DNA from: Trypanosoma brucei
Taxonomy: Eukaryota
Length of the DNA: 64,000 nt
Assembly (NCBI GenBank): GCA_000002445.1
Contig: CM000208.1
Location: 2,464,001-2,528,000 of the forward strand
Direction: 5' to 3'
Shown: one piece after another, positions 10,324-19,372 of the stretch
Numbering within the stretch: position 1 is the stretch's first letter
How the letters are laid out: each line of letters opens with the position of its first letter
Translations under genes and position numbers: made by a program
The notes under the pieces: model-generated
Database searches by the model: none
The model's input: the letters and a program-made list of their open reading frames with translations, nothing else
What the model was told of the DNA's origin: nothing

Positions 10324-11532
10324 TTAGTCGTCCTTTCCCCAATTTCCGCCAAATATCTTCCTCCACGCCTTTCTGAACATTCTTCGGAAGAAGCTCCTCC
10401 TCCCCAACCCTCCACACAACCCAATCTCCGTCATCAGAAGGTCTTTGTCGGCATCCTTTACCTGACCTGCCGAGAGCCAATCCTGTTTAGTACGGCTATT
10501 CAGCGCGGAAACGTTTTCAATTGGAAGACTTCCTAGTCCATTCAGTATTTTCATGGCATCCGCCCTCCTCCCAATAGTTTTTTCTGTCCACTCCTCCGTG
10601 AGACTCCTATATATGTCGCCGTACTCACTTACCTGCTCTTCAAACGCCCGGTAAGCATCCATTGCTGCCCTCAGTGTGGGGACGTTTGTTGTTGGATTTT
10701 CCTCCCACATCATATCGTAACTATATGTCTCATTCCTCGTATCTCCTATGTATGCGGTTTCGCCAACTCCATCTTTCTTTACTCCAAAGATTCCATCGCC
10801 CCAAAGCAAGTTAGTCGTGAGGCTCGCGTTTCCCAGGTATCCTCCCCCCGAACTTCCGCGCACCAGCTGACACCCCTGTGACTCCCCTCCCGTGTATCTT
10901 GGGTCGTTATTGCTCAGCTTTAGGTGCCTTCTAATTGCTTCCTCCAGGTTTGCTCTGCCCTCCGCTTGTGAACCCTTTTTCTCTTCAACATCCTCTACAG
11001 AGAGGAATTCTGCAGCATCTACAGCCGTTTTCCCCCCTTGAAAACAGTCGTGAAGCTCCGCCTTAGTTGCTGCTTCACCTCGTGCACCCGCAGCGCAAGA
11101 AAAAAATTCAACCCCGTTTCTGTTATTCGGTTGCTGGAAAACACTAACGAACTCATCCAACCTCCCCGCTGCCAGCCCCGCCGCTGCTGCTAGTGATAAC
11201 CCTTTCTTCCGGACACTCGCGATCATACCGACCATCCTATCCAAACCACCCACCATGTACTTGAGAAAAAATGCCATTTTGTCGCATTCGGGTCCCGTCT
11301 CCTTCTCTTTTACAACCTTCAACTTCGCCAGCTTTACCATTTTTTCCACATCTTCCAACATCGCTTCTGAAACGTCTGTTTTCTTGACAACATACTGGTA
11401 CATTTCCTTCAACGCCTTACTCACCCCACATACGCCCTGCATTGCCTCCAACCTCAGCGCCCCTCTTTCACCAGGGCCGCCGGCACTTGCCACAGCTACG
11501 ACCGCCGCTATTGTGAATACGACCCTTATCAT
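10324..11532 (-). CDS. PAG2: Procyclin-associated gene family protein (ESAG6/7-like), probably PAG2. Start placed at the internal Met (MIRVVFTIAAVVAVASAGG…); the ORF-track start at 11664 would overlap the upstream gene.
   Basis: Paralog motifs are present (AAAGLAAGRLDEFVSVF; GGGYLGN…LWGDG). The start is chosen by alignment of the signal peptide with the paralogs. The reverse-complement ATG at 11530-11532 was verified. Confidence 0.6.
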   Translation of the reverse strand: MIRVVFTIAAVVAVASAGGPGERGALRLEAMQGVCGVSKALKEMYQYVVKKTDVSEAMLEDVEKMVKLAKLKVVKEKETGPECDKMAFFLKYMVGGLDRMVGMIASVRKKGLSLAAAAGLAAGRLDEFVSVFQQPNNRNGVEFFSCAAGARGEAATKAELHDCFQGGKTAVDAAEFLSVEDVEEKKGSQAEGRANLEEAIRRHLKLSNNDPRYTGGESQGCQLVRGSSGGGYLGNASLTTNLLWGDGIFGVKKDGVGETAYIGDTRNETYSYDMMWEENPTTNVPTLRAAMDAYRAFEEQVSEYGDIYRSLTEEWTEKTIGRRADAMKILNGLGSLPIENVSALNSRTKQDWLSAGQVKDADKDLLMTEIGLCGGLGRRSFFRRMFRKAWRKIFGGNWGKDD

Positions 11533-11653
11533 TTTCCCAGAGCCACCTAAAGAAGAAAAAGATAGAGCACATACCTGCATCCTGATGCCCAATACACTTC
11601 CACCCACCCATCCCCCTCCCCCAAAAAAATACACACATATATTAGTAAAGTGC

Positions 11654-12766
11654 TTATACCCCACAATCCTTCAACTCTTCCCCCAGAAGCCTGTCCTCCA
11701 CACGTTCCCCATCCACTTGCGCCACCCAGTCCTCCATGCTCTTTTCTTCTTCGTCATCTTCCCCCTCCGTGTTTTTATCAACAGCAGAATTTGCTTTCCT
11801 CCCAAGTGTCCCGAGATCCTCCACATACAGATTCTCCTGAACGAAACGATCTACTAAATGTTTATGCGACGCGTCGACTTTTCTTTCCAGTTCTGCAAAT
11901 AGTTTATAGTCTTTCACCACCTTTACTAGGGTGGGATTCCCTCCCGTTGGATTTTCCTCCCACACCACTGCGGTGTCATACGTTGTCGCCCGGGTGTTTC
12001 CCTTAAACCCCGTCATCTGGGATCCCGACTTGACGACACCGAGCACTCCGTCACCCCATATGATATTCTCAGAGAGATCGCCATTTCCCATATAGCCACC
12101 GCCCGCCTTCCCAACTGTAAGCTGGCATCCCAAATCCTTGCCAAAGTCGTGCCTTGGGTCACCTCCATCCACAAGCAAGCTATCGTGAAGCACGCTTTCC
12201 AAATTCATTTCGAACGGATTTTCAAAAAGGTTTTCGCCTTCTGTAATTTTGAGAGACTCCCACTCACCGCTGTCTTTGTTCTTGGCGTAGCAGCTGGGTA
12301 GCACTTCTTCAGGGAAATTCACACTTAGACCACCGATGCAAGAGTTATTCGCGTCTCTATGGGCCTGAACGAAAACGGACACCATTTCATCCAATCTTCC
12401 TGCGGCAATGCCCGCTTCTCCCACTAATCTCCTTCCAACGTCCCACAACTCGTCCACTTCCCTGACCATGTTCTGCTCATTGATTCTTACCTGTGTAAGG
12501 AATACTCTTAGTGTTCCACACTTCAGTCCTTTGTTCCATTCTGTCAATAATTTCAGTCGTACGACTTTCTGGAGCAGTTGGACTTCCTCGAGTTTTCTGT
12601 CAGCCTCCATGAGTTTCTGCTCGACGAAACCGTGCACAGCCTTTAGTTTTTTTGAGGTATTACATAACGCTTTTATTGCGGACAATTTCAAAGCTGCCCC
12701 AGCGTCCGCATGATGACAACAACCACTTACTAACGCCACTACTAAAAATGCCACTGTTCTTCGCAT
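11654..12766 (-). CDS. PAG5: Procyclin-associated gene family protein (ESAG6/7-like), probably PAG5. Start at the internal Met (MRRTVAFLVVALVSG…); the ORF extends to 12829.
   Basis: Paralog motifs are present (AGIAAGRLDEMVSVF; GGGYMGN…WGDG). The N-terminus aligns with the other PAGs from the internal Met. Confidence 0.6.
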   Translation of the reverse strand: MRRTVAFLVVALVSGCCHHADAGAALKLSAIKALCNTSKKLKAVHGFVEQKLMEADRKLEEVQLLQKVVRLKLLTEWNKGLKCGTLRVFLTQVRINEQNMVREVDELWDVGRRLVGEAGIAAGRLDEMVSVFVQAHRDANNSCIGGLSVNFPEEVLPSCYAKNKDSGEWESLKITEGENLFENPFEMNLESVLHDSLLVDGGDPRHDFGKDLGCQLTVGKAGGGYMGNGDLSENIIWGDGVLGVVKSGSQMTGFKGNTRATTYDTAVVWEENPTGGNPTLVKVVKDYKLFAELERKVDASHKHLVDRFVQENLYVEDLGTLGRKANSAVDKNTEGEDDEEEKSMEDWVAQVDGERVEDRLLGEELKDCGV

Positions 12767-12847
12767 TTGCTGAAGAAAACAAAAGATGTCTGGCACCTGC
12801 AACCCACTAAGTTTTCCCTTAAACCACACAAACTAAAAAATACGATT

Positions 12848-14002
12848 TTAAAACAACAAAAATAACAACGCGAGGGTCCTCCTGAGAGAGCCAATCCTGC
12901 CAACACCACACATCGCCATCTCCTCCAACAGCTTCTCCTCTTGCACCGTTTCTCTGTTCCCGAGCACGACGAAGGACTTCCCACTATCCTCATCTACCAC
13001 TACTGTGCTTTTATTTCCGTGGGTGCCCGTGTTCACAATAGCTTGCGCGTATTCCCAGTTCCAGTGTGCGCCGGTTTCGTGCGCCAGCTCTTCGATGTGA
13101 GTATACAAGTTCACAAATTTGCGAAGCTCTCGGTAGGCGTTTCTAAGAACGGGGACGTTGTTAACGGGGTCTTCCTCCCAAGTTACATCGTGTATTAGAA
13201 CCTCTGCACGGGTTTTTCCTGTCCCCCCAACGAATCCTCTTCCACTTCGTTTAAGGGAAATAATTCCATCTCCCCAGAGTATTCTTCTGGAGGTGCTGTT
13301 TTCGGAGAGGTAGCCGCCCCCCGGACGGGTGTTTGTTAGGTGGCAGTTTGCGCTGTGGACGTAGCGTTCCAAGGGGTTTCCACCGCCACCAGTGAGCCTA
13401 AGCAGTTCGTTCATACTCTCCCGTGTCATGTTCATTTCCTCCACCCTTTCCATGCGGTGCATATCCCCCAAAGAAATAAATTCATCCTTCTCCGAGTCAC
13501 TTAAATAGCAATTCAACAACTGATTCCGCGTCGCGTGGTGCTCGCTATTTCCTACGCAAAAATCCCCTTTCCCACTGGAATACGCGCGCCGCCACACATT
13601 TATCATTTCATCCAACCTCCCCGCCGCTATCCCTGCTGCCCCTACCGCTGAGTATCCAAGATATCTCAACCTCTTCAATTCTCTCCTCTTCACCCTATTC
13701 ACTTTACTCCCCACACGTTTCAAAAACTTCGCGATCCCCGTGCACGAGGTCCAATTGCTATTTCCCCCTTCATTTCCCCTAACCCTCACAATCTTCAACC
13801 TCACCAACTCCACCATATCCTCAAACTCCCTCACCTTCTCGGTTGCATACTTAGTTTTCGCTTGGACGAAGGCATACACCGATTTCAGCCTCTTCGACGC
13901 ATTACAGAGCGCTTCCGCAGCTCCACTCAAACTCAGTGCGCCACTGTCCGCGGAGGCGCTACCAGTAAGTACAAAAAAGGACACAATCACTAATACCTTC
14001 AT
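12848..14002 (-). CDS. PAG1: Procyclin-associated gene family protein (ESAG6/7-like), first PAG after EP2, probably PAG1. Start at the internal Met (MKVLVIVSFFVLTGSASA…); the ORF extends to 14101.
   Basis: Paralog motifs are present (AAGIAAGRLDEMINVW; GGGYLSEN…WGDG). The reverse-complement ATG at 14000-14002 was verified. It lies immediately downstream of EP2 in the transcription direction. Confidence 0.65.
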   Translation of the reverse strand: MKVLVIVSFFVLTGSASADSGALSLSGAAEALCNASKRLKSVYAFVQAKTKYATEKVREFEDMVELVRLKIVRVRGNEGGNSNWTSCTGIAKFLKRVGSKVNRVKRRELKRLRYLGYSAVGAAGIAAGRLDEMINVWRRAYSSGKGDFCVGNSEHHATRNQLLNCYLSDSEKDEFISLGDMHRMERVEEMNMTRESMNELLRLTGGGGNPLERYVHSANCHLTNTRPGGGYLSENSTSRRILWGDGIISLKRSGRGFVGGTGKTRAEVLIHDVTWEEDPVNNVPVLRNAYRELRKFVNLYTHIEELAHETGAHWNWEYAQAIVNTGTHGNKSTVVVDEDSGKSFVVLGNRETVQEEKLLEEMAMCGVGRIGSLRRTLALLFLLF

Positions 14003-15758
14003 GAGCGTGCGAACCCTATTCGCGATGGCAAAGGTCAAGCGAAAAAGGATAATCAAAGAGACCATTTTCGATGATTGATGAAACAGGAAAGACCGCGGCA
14101 AGTTGTGACGCCCCCACTTGGGGACTGGAAAATCCGCCGGGGATGCGCCTGCCAGATTCAGGCTTCAGCAACGGCAACGGCGTTAGTGTTGGCGGGGAAG
14201 GGAAGGTGCAAGGCGCCTTTTTGCAGCTGGAATTTAAAGCTTAACCGACAGCATGAAATCATCCGTGACACTGTCTTATTTCCCTCCAAAACCATTGGAT
14301 ACGCCGTGGTTGGCACACGGCCCATTGCCATCAATTGCTGAGGTGGGCTCGTGTTGCCGGCGGTGGGATCCAATGCACTATGGCGCATCAGAGAAGGAAG
14401 AGCGACCCCCCTGATACTTAGGGGGGTCAAAACAGGGTTTCCAGGCTACAAACCGTTCTTAACGCTATCCGCGACAACACGTTGGTGGGTAGGAAAGTGT
14501 CGGGTAGGGGCTTAAAAGTGAGATTGACCGATGGCAACTATTCTCGAGATGGCATAAAACCCTAACCGCACCCCGCCGACGCTTAGAAATTAGGTCCAGG
14601 AAAGAAAGTCAAGCCCGACCAAGGACCTCCTTTTCTTCGGTTTTGGCTTTGTCGAAAGGACACGAAATCGATCCACCGCGGGGCGCGCAGTGGACTTGTT
14701 ACTTATTTAACTGACTCCTAAACGAGAAAGCTCCCCTGCGGCGCGCGACGCACATCATCTCAAAGGCGATGTGGGAGAGAAAACACTGCGAGAACATATG
14801 ACCACCGACGAGCCGGTGAATGCCCCAGAAGTATTTCAAAAAATGTCACACTCTCCATTGATTGTCCCAGCATATTTCACAAAGTGGACCAAAACAGAGG
14901 GCAGTGCAGTAAATACGTAAAGTTCATGGAAACAACGCGCTTACCCTCTCCGCAGCCTCTCCTCCCCAACAGATCAAGTGGCAGCAGCTCACTCAACTGA
15001 ATCGCTCCCCTGACGAGAACAGTTAAATAAAGGCAAGGCAAAAGGCAAAACACCGCTCAGGCCTCAATTTTGAACAGTTACGGTGAACTTCCTGAAGGTG
15101 CTTTAAAGTTTCCCCGACATATTAACAAACATGATGATGCACCACCGTAGGCGAAGAAGGAATCATCACCAGGAATGTGCTTCCTTCAACCGCTGCTTCC
15201 CATGTTGCAACTCCACGGTGTCAAACGGAAGCTGAGATGGCGGAAATATCGAGGGACAAATCGCTTGAGTCATCAAAAGTCCATTTGTCTCCCATTTCTA
15301 GCCTGAGGTTTTAGAAGGAACTATTTTCCCAGTACGAAAAAAGGACAAGGCAAAAAGTTCGAAAAAAAAAAAGTTCAGTCACAAATGGAGGAGGTTGCTG
15401 TCAACCATTGCAGGAACAAGACATAGGAGAAGACCGCAAATGCAGTGGATGAATTTTTGACAAAACCATACGAATGGTTTACAGAAGAAACCGTTTGGTA
15501 GAAGCCAAGGAACACATTGACAGGCACACGCAGAAGTCTACAGGGCTGCGTGCTACCGCCGACGGTTCCGAGGCATAAAAAAAAAAATAGAACTCAAAAA
15601 AATAGGTTGAAAAAAAATATTACGTATATGCAAGTGTCCTGTCGCCAAGGGACGTCATAAAGCGGGCGCATCGCGCCAAAGGAAAGGTCAAAGAAATAAC
15701 TGGGGCCACCCTTGTTAAAAAGTTTTGACCCCCCAGAGAATTTTCTGTTTACATGAGC

Positions 15759-16148
15759 TTAGAATGCGGCAACGAGACCAACGGCCGCGATTGCAAACGG
15801 AAGAGCAACAGACTTCAGCGTTGCAGCACCAGGTTCAGGTTCAGGTTCAGGTTCCGGCTCGGGTTCCGGCTCGGGTTCAGGTTCGGGTTCAGGTTCGGGT
15901 TCAGGTTCGGGTTCAGGTTCAGGTTCAGGTTCGGGTTCGGGTTCGGGTTCGGGTTCAGGTTCAGGTTCGGGTTCAGGTTCAGGCTCAACTTCGTCCTGGA
16001 CCTTGGTTCCCTTCTCGCCTTTGCCTTTGCCTCCCTTAGTAAGACCCTTGTCTTCTGGTCCTTCAGCGGCTGCGGCAAATCCCACGCCAGCGAAGAGGTT
16101 CGCGCTGAACAGAAGAATAGCGAGCAGATAAAGGGAACGAGGTGCCAT
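15759..16148 (-). CDS. EP2: EP procyclin, non-glycosylated EP2-type. Has about 26 Glu-Pro dipeptide repeats and a GPI-anchor signal.
   Basis: The protein reads [54 protein letters not shown](EP)[24 protein letters not shown]. This is a canonical procyclin N-terminus and C-terminus. It has no N-x-T sequon before the EP tract. Confidence 0.9.
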   Translation of the reverse strand: MAPRSLYLLAILLFSANLFAGVGFAAAAEGPEDKGLTKGGKGKGEKGTKVQDEVEPEPEPEPEPEPEPEPEPEPEPEPEPEPEPEPEPEPEPEPEPEPEPEPEPEPGAATLKSVALPFAIAAVGLVAAF

Positions 16149-17077
16149 TGTGAATTTTACTTCTTGGTGTAATTGAAGTCTTCAAGTTGAAAAAATGGGG
16201 AAATGGCATATATGAATGCGCAGATCAACTGGGATAACCAGCATTGCATTGCCCTCTCATCTCTGAGGTGCCTTTCATCCCTAGGGGACAATTAACCGAA
16301 ACTCGGATAAATAAATCACTCTCCCGACAAGAATAGCTCAAGAGGGGGAGAGGCAATAGAAAAGGCACAGCACTCAGCCCTTAACTGCCTGTAGTAACCG
16401 CTGCGAGCTTCCTTCCATATTCATACAAAGTCTTCAAAAGCACACACCCGTCAACCTCCAACATCGTTTCTCCAGCAGCAACGCAGCAGTGGGGGGCAGG
16501 GCAGCGAAACAACTTCAGCTGCGGGGCCCATCTGAAGCAGGGAAACACTGCACATAAAACCACCAATGAAATAAAGCAAAATGCAGACCCCTTCGCCCAA
16601 GTTGGCCGGTCTAACACTTGTTTCCCATTTCTGGCCTGAAGGTTTAGAAGGAACTATTATTCGAACCCAAAAGAAGAGAAGGCAAAAAAATTAATGAAAT
16701 AGCTCATCCAACAAATTAAAAGGCAGAGCGCCACATTCACACGCAGCACGCACAATAACACAAGGCACCAATAATAATTTTAAGATCCAAATTCAAAGGA
16801 ATGAAAAAAAATAGAAGTGAAACGCTTAAAATTATGGAATACGCAACCGAAACATCACAGAAATCTACAGGGCTGTGGGTCTCAGGCGATGGTTAATAAG
16901 ACATTAGAAAGGATGTCACCAAAAATATATAACGAAAAAATATTAAATGAATGTCCACACTGTTTTACAAGAAACAGCAGGAAACAAACACGATGCACCA
17001 TATGGAGGCGATATAAATGAAAGGAACCTTTTCAAAGGGTTTCGTTCCTCCGAGGCGCTTTACACGCTTGCATCCGC

Positions 17078-17503
17078 TTAGAATGCGGCAACGAGAGCAG
17101 CAGCCGCGACTGCAAACGGAAGTGCAACAGATTTCAGCGTTGCAGCACCAGGTTCAGGTTCAGGTTCGGGTTCAGGTTCCGGCTCGGGTTCCGGCTCGGG
17201 TTCAGGTTCAGGTTCCGGCTCGGGTTCAGGTTCGGGTTCAGGTTCAGGTTCAGGTTCAGGTTCAGGTTCAGGTTCAGGTTCGGGTTCGGGTTCGGGTTCG
17301 GGTTCAGGTTCAGGTTCAGGGTCGGGGTCAGTGCCATTGGTATCGTCGGCGCCGACCTTGGTTCCCTTCTCGCCTTTGCCTTTGCCTCCCTTAGTAAGAC
17401 CCTTGTCTTCTGGTCCTTCAGCGGCTGCGGCAAATCCCACGCCAGCGAAGAGGTTCGCGCTGAACAGAAGAATAGCGAGCAGATAAAGGGAACGAGGTGC
17501 CAT
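17078..17503 (-). CDS. EP1: EP procyclin, N-glycosylated EP1-type. Has about 28 EP repeats preceded by [12 protein letters not shown].
   Basis: The protein reads [62 protein letters not shown](EP)[24 protein letters not shown]. It matches the known EP1 sequence almost residue for residue. It is the first gene of the unit. Confidence 0.9.
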   Translation of the reverse strand: MAPRSLYLLAILLFSANLFAGVGFAAAAEGPEDKGLTKGGKGKGEKGTKVGADDTNGTDPDPEPEPEPEPEPEPEPEPEPEPEPEPEPEPEPEPEPEPEPEPEPEPEPEPEPEPEPEPGAATLKSVALPFAVAAAALVAAF

Positions 17504-17800
17504 TGTGAATTTTACTTCTTGGTGTAATTGAAGTCTTCAAGTTGAAAAAAATGGGGAAAAGGAAAAAAAACTCGAAGGCGCGTGCAGCGATCACGAGAAC
17601 ATGTTAAACTCAGTACTCACCCGATAACCCCTATTTTCAATGCACGCCCACCCAGAGACACGGAACAGCACAAAACAACCATATCACTTCCACAAAATGG
17701 ACATTTTACACAAAATGCACTATTGACTAGTACTCAACTATACTAATAAGAGATACCTATCGGACACGATATACTGTGAAAAGGATATTAAGCTCACTAT
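17504..17800 (-). promoter_or_regulatory. Expected RNA polymerase I procyclin (EP1) promoter region plus the splice-acceptor/5' flank
   Basis: In T. brucei the procyclin promoter lies within about 250 bp upstream of the first EP gene's trans-splice site. The 5' flank 17467-17560 is duplicated verbatim upstream of EP2 (16112-16200), but the sequence beyond about 17565 is unique to EP1. Exact promoter elements were not identified by eye. Confidence 0.45.
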
Positions 17801-19205
17801 GCATCTGAAAACGCTTTCACCTCACAACCTACTGACACACACCTTTCCGCTTAACCCCAATGACAACAAAGGCTGACTGCACCTCACATCTGAGGAAGAG
17901 GTCCAGGGGAGCGGTGCCTGTTCGCGGTGCGGAATTGTTGTTTCCCCCTCTTCCTCATCCGCCCCCTCGGTTCCGTGGGCCCTGACTCCCGAAGAGTTTT
18001 CGAGAATTGTTAATAGAGAAGGGATTCGCTCACCATATTCGGAACAATACACTTGTCAGAAGTTTGGCAATCCAGTTTGGGGGCACTGAAAAGCACTTTG
18101 TGGTGAATCAGCGGCATTTAGGCCGGCAGCGGTATGTTTTGCTACGAAACACCGGGCATCGAAGAAGTCAGAAAGCCCTTCAGCACGACGGCTGATGGAG
18201 AACGCTGGTAAAGTTTTCCTTTCATGCGCCCTCAACGAGAACTAGCGGAAATTAAAACCAATTTCGGCGGATAAAGGCCCCGCAACTCGGCACATCGGCG
18301 GCGTTGGTGGGCCGACTCACCGATAAAACGAGCCGACACCTGCCACCACACACACTGGTATATGAAGGGGGCACCTCCGGTGGGCACGCAACTCCCAATG
18401 AGCTTTTGCCGTGGTGGGAACCGTGGCGCGCCTGATTGGTTGAAATTTCGTCGGCACAATGACCTGCCAGGATGCGTTGGGCTTGGTTAAGGATGTTGGC
18501 GCTTTGGGGAAACGAAGACCCACGCTCAGCGGAGCCTGAACATGGGACCACATCTGCGTGGTTTATTGGGCTGCCAAGGCCTCCGAAAGGCGAGCCCGAT
18601 CCTGGAAACGGGTGGAGCAAGTTCCTAAGAGGGTTGCTCTCCCGCGTTTCACGGCCCACTGCCTACGCGCGCAGGGTAAGTAAATTGGCTTAGACATAGC
18701 CCCCGAAAGGGGAAAAAGAAGGTCAAGGATGGCAACCGGGTTCTGTCCGTGACATTGCGAGGGACAATTGGTTGCCATGACCGGAAGGCGCCCGCCACCC
18801 ATGGGTTTCTACCCACCCCCAAATGAGGCGAGGGTTTTGCAGGCTAGGAATATCTATGATTGAATCAAATATTGCCATGCCTCCCCCCGATGTGGGACAC
18901 GCAAATGCGTTACGCTCCCCTCCCCCCCCCCCCCCGAAGGGACCGAACGCACAGCCTCCTCCACGAGGTGGAACAAAGGAAACGGTAGGACAGCAGCGGC
19001 GCACGACTACCACACAACCACTGAGCACACCGATGAGAAGCGATACGCTTGGAACATGGGGCGCACCGAAGGGAAAAAGCACTGAAGAAAAGGGCGGAGC
19101 GGGTGAATCGAAGGGCTCCCCGAATGTAAACACGCGCGCACTGAAGAACACACACCGCGACAGTTGCTCAAAGTCAGCGCGACCCGGGTGTTGCATTGCA
19201 CCTAG

Positions 19206-19372
19206 GCGCACACGCAACTCCACTGCCTCCTGTAGCAAGGCCGCGTAAGTTTGGGGGCCTCCAAGGGCAAGTCAAAACCCGTCGAGGCGGAGCCTCGGTT
19301 AGATAACGGTAACGGAACACGCTACAGCGGGTCCGGCGTCGCTACAGGAGGCAGTGGAGTTGCGTGTGCGGA
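19206..19372. repeat. Perfect 31-bp inverted repeat (gcgcacacgcaactccactgcctcctgtagc … gctacaggaggcagtggagttgcgtgtgcgg) with a spacer of about 105 bp. A potential long stem-loop inside a GC-rich island.
   Basis: The two arms (about 19207-19237 and 19340-19370) are exact reverse complements. This was seen directly and is also reflected in mirror peptides …RTRNSTASCS… on both strands. Confidence 0.85.

Noticed and set aside
15725-16172. + strand ORFs encoding (VQ)n and (RF)n polymers, and minus-frame (NP/NL)n ORFs, overlapping the EP procyclins. The same pattern occurs at 17017-17433.
   Set aside because: These are alternate-frame and antisense readings of the (GAGCCN)n Glu-Pro repeat. The canonical procyclin ORFs explain the region.
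9086-17800. Possibility that this is a bloodstream VSG expression site, given the ESAG6/7-like and ESAG8-like genes
   Set aside because: The window has no VSG, no 70-bp repeats, no telomeric repeats and no ESAG1-5 or ESAG9-12. The presence of EP procyclins and the gene order EP-EP-PAG×4 fit the procyclin locus instead.
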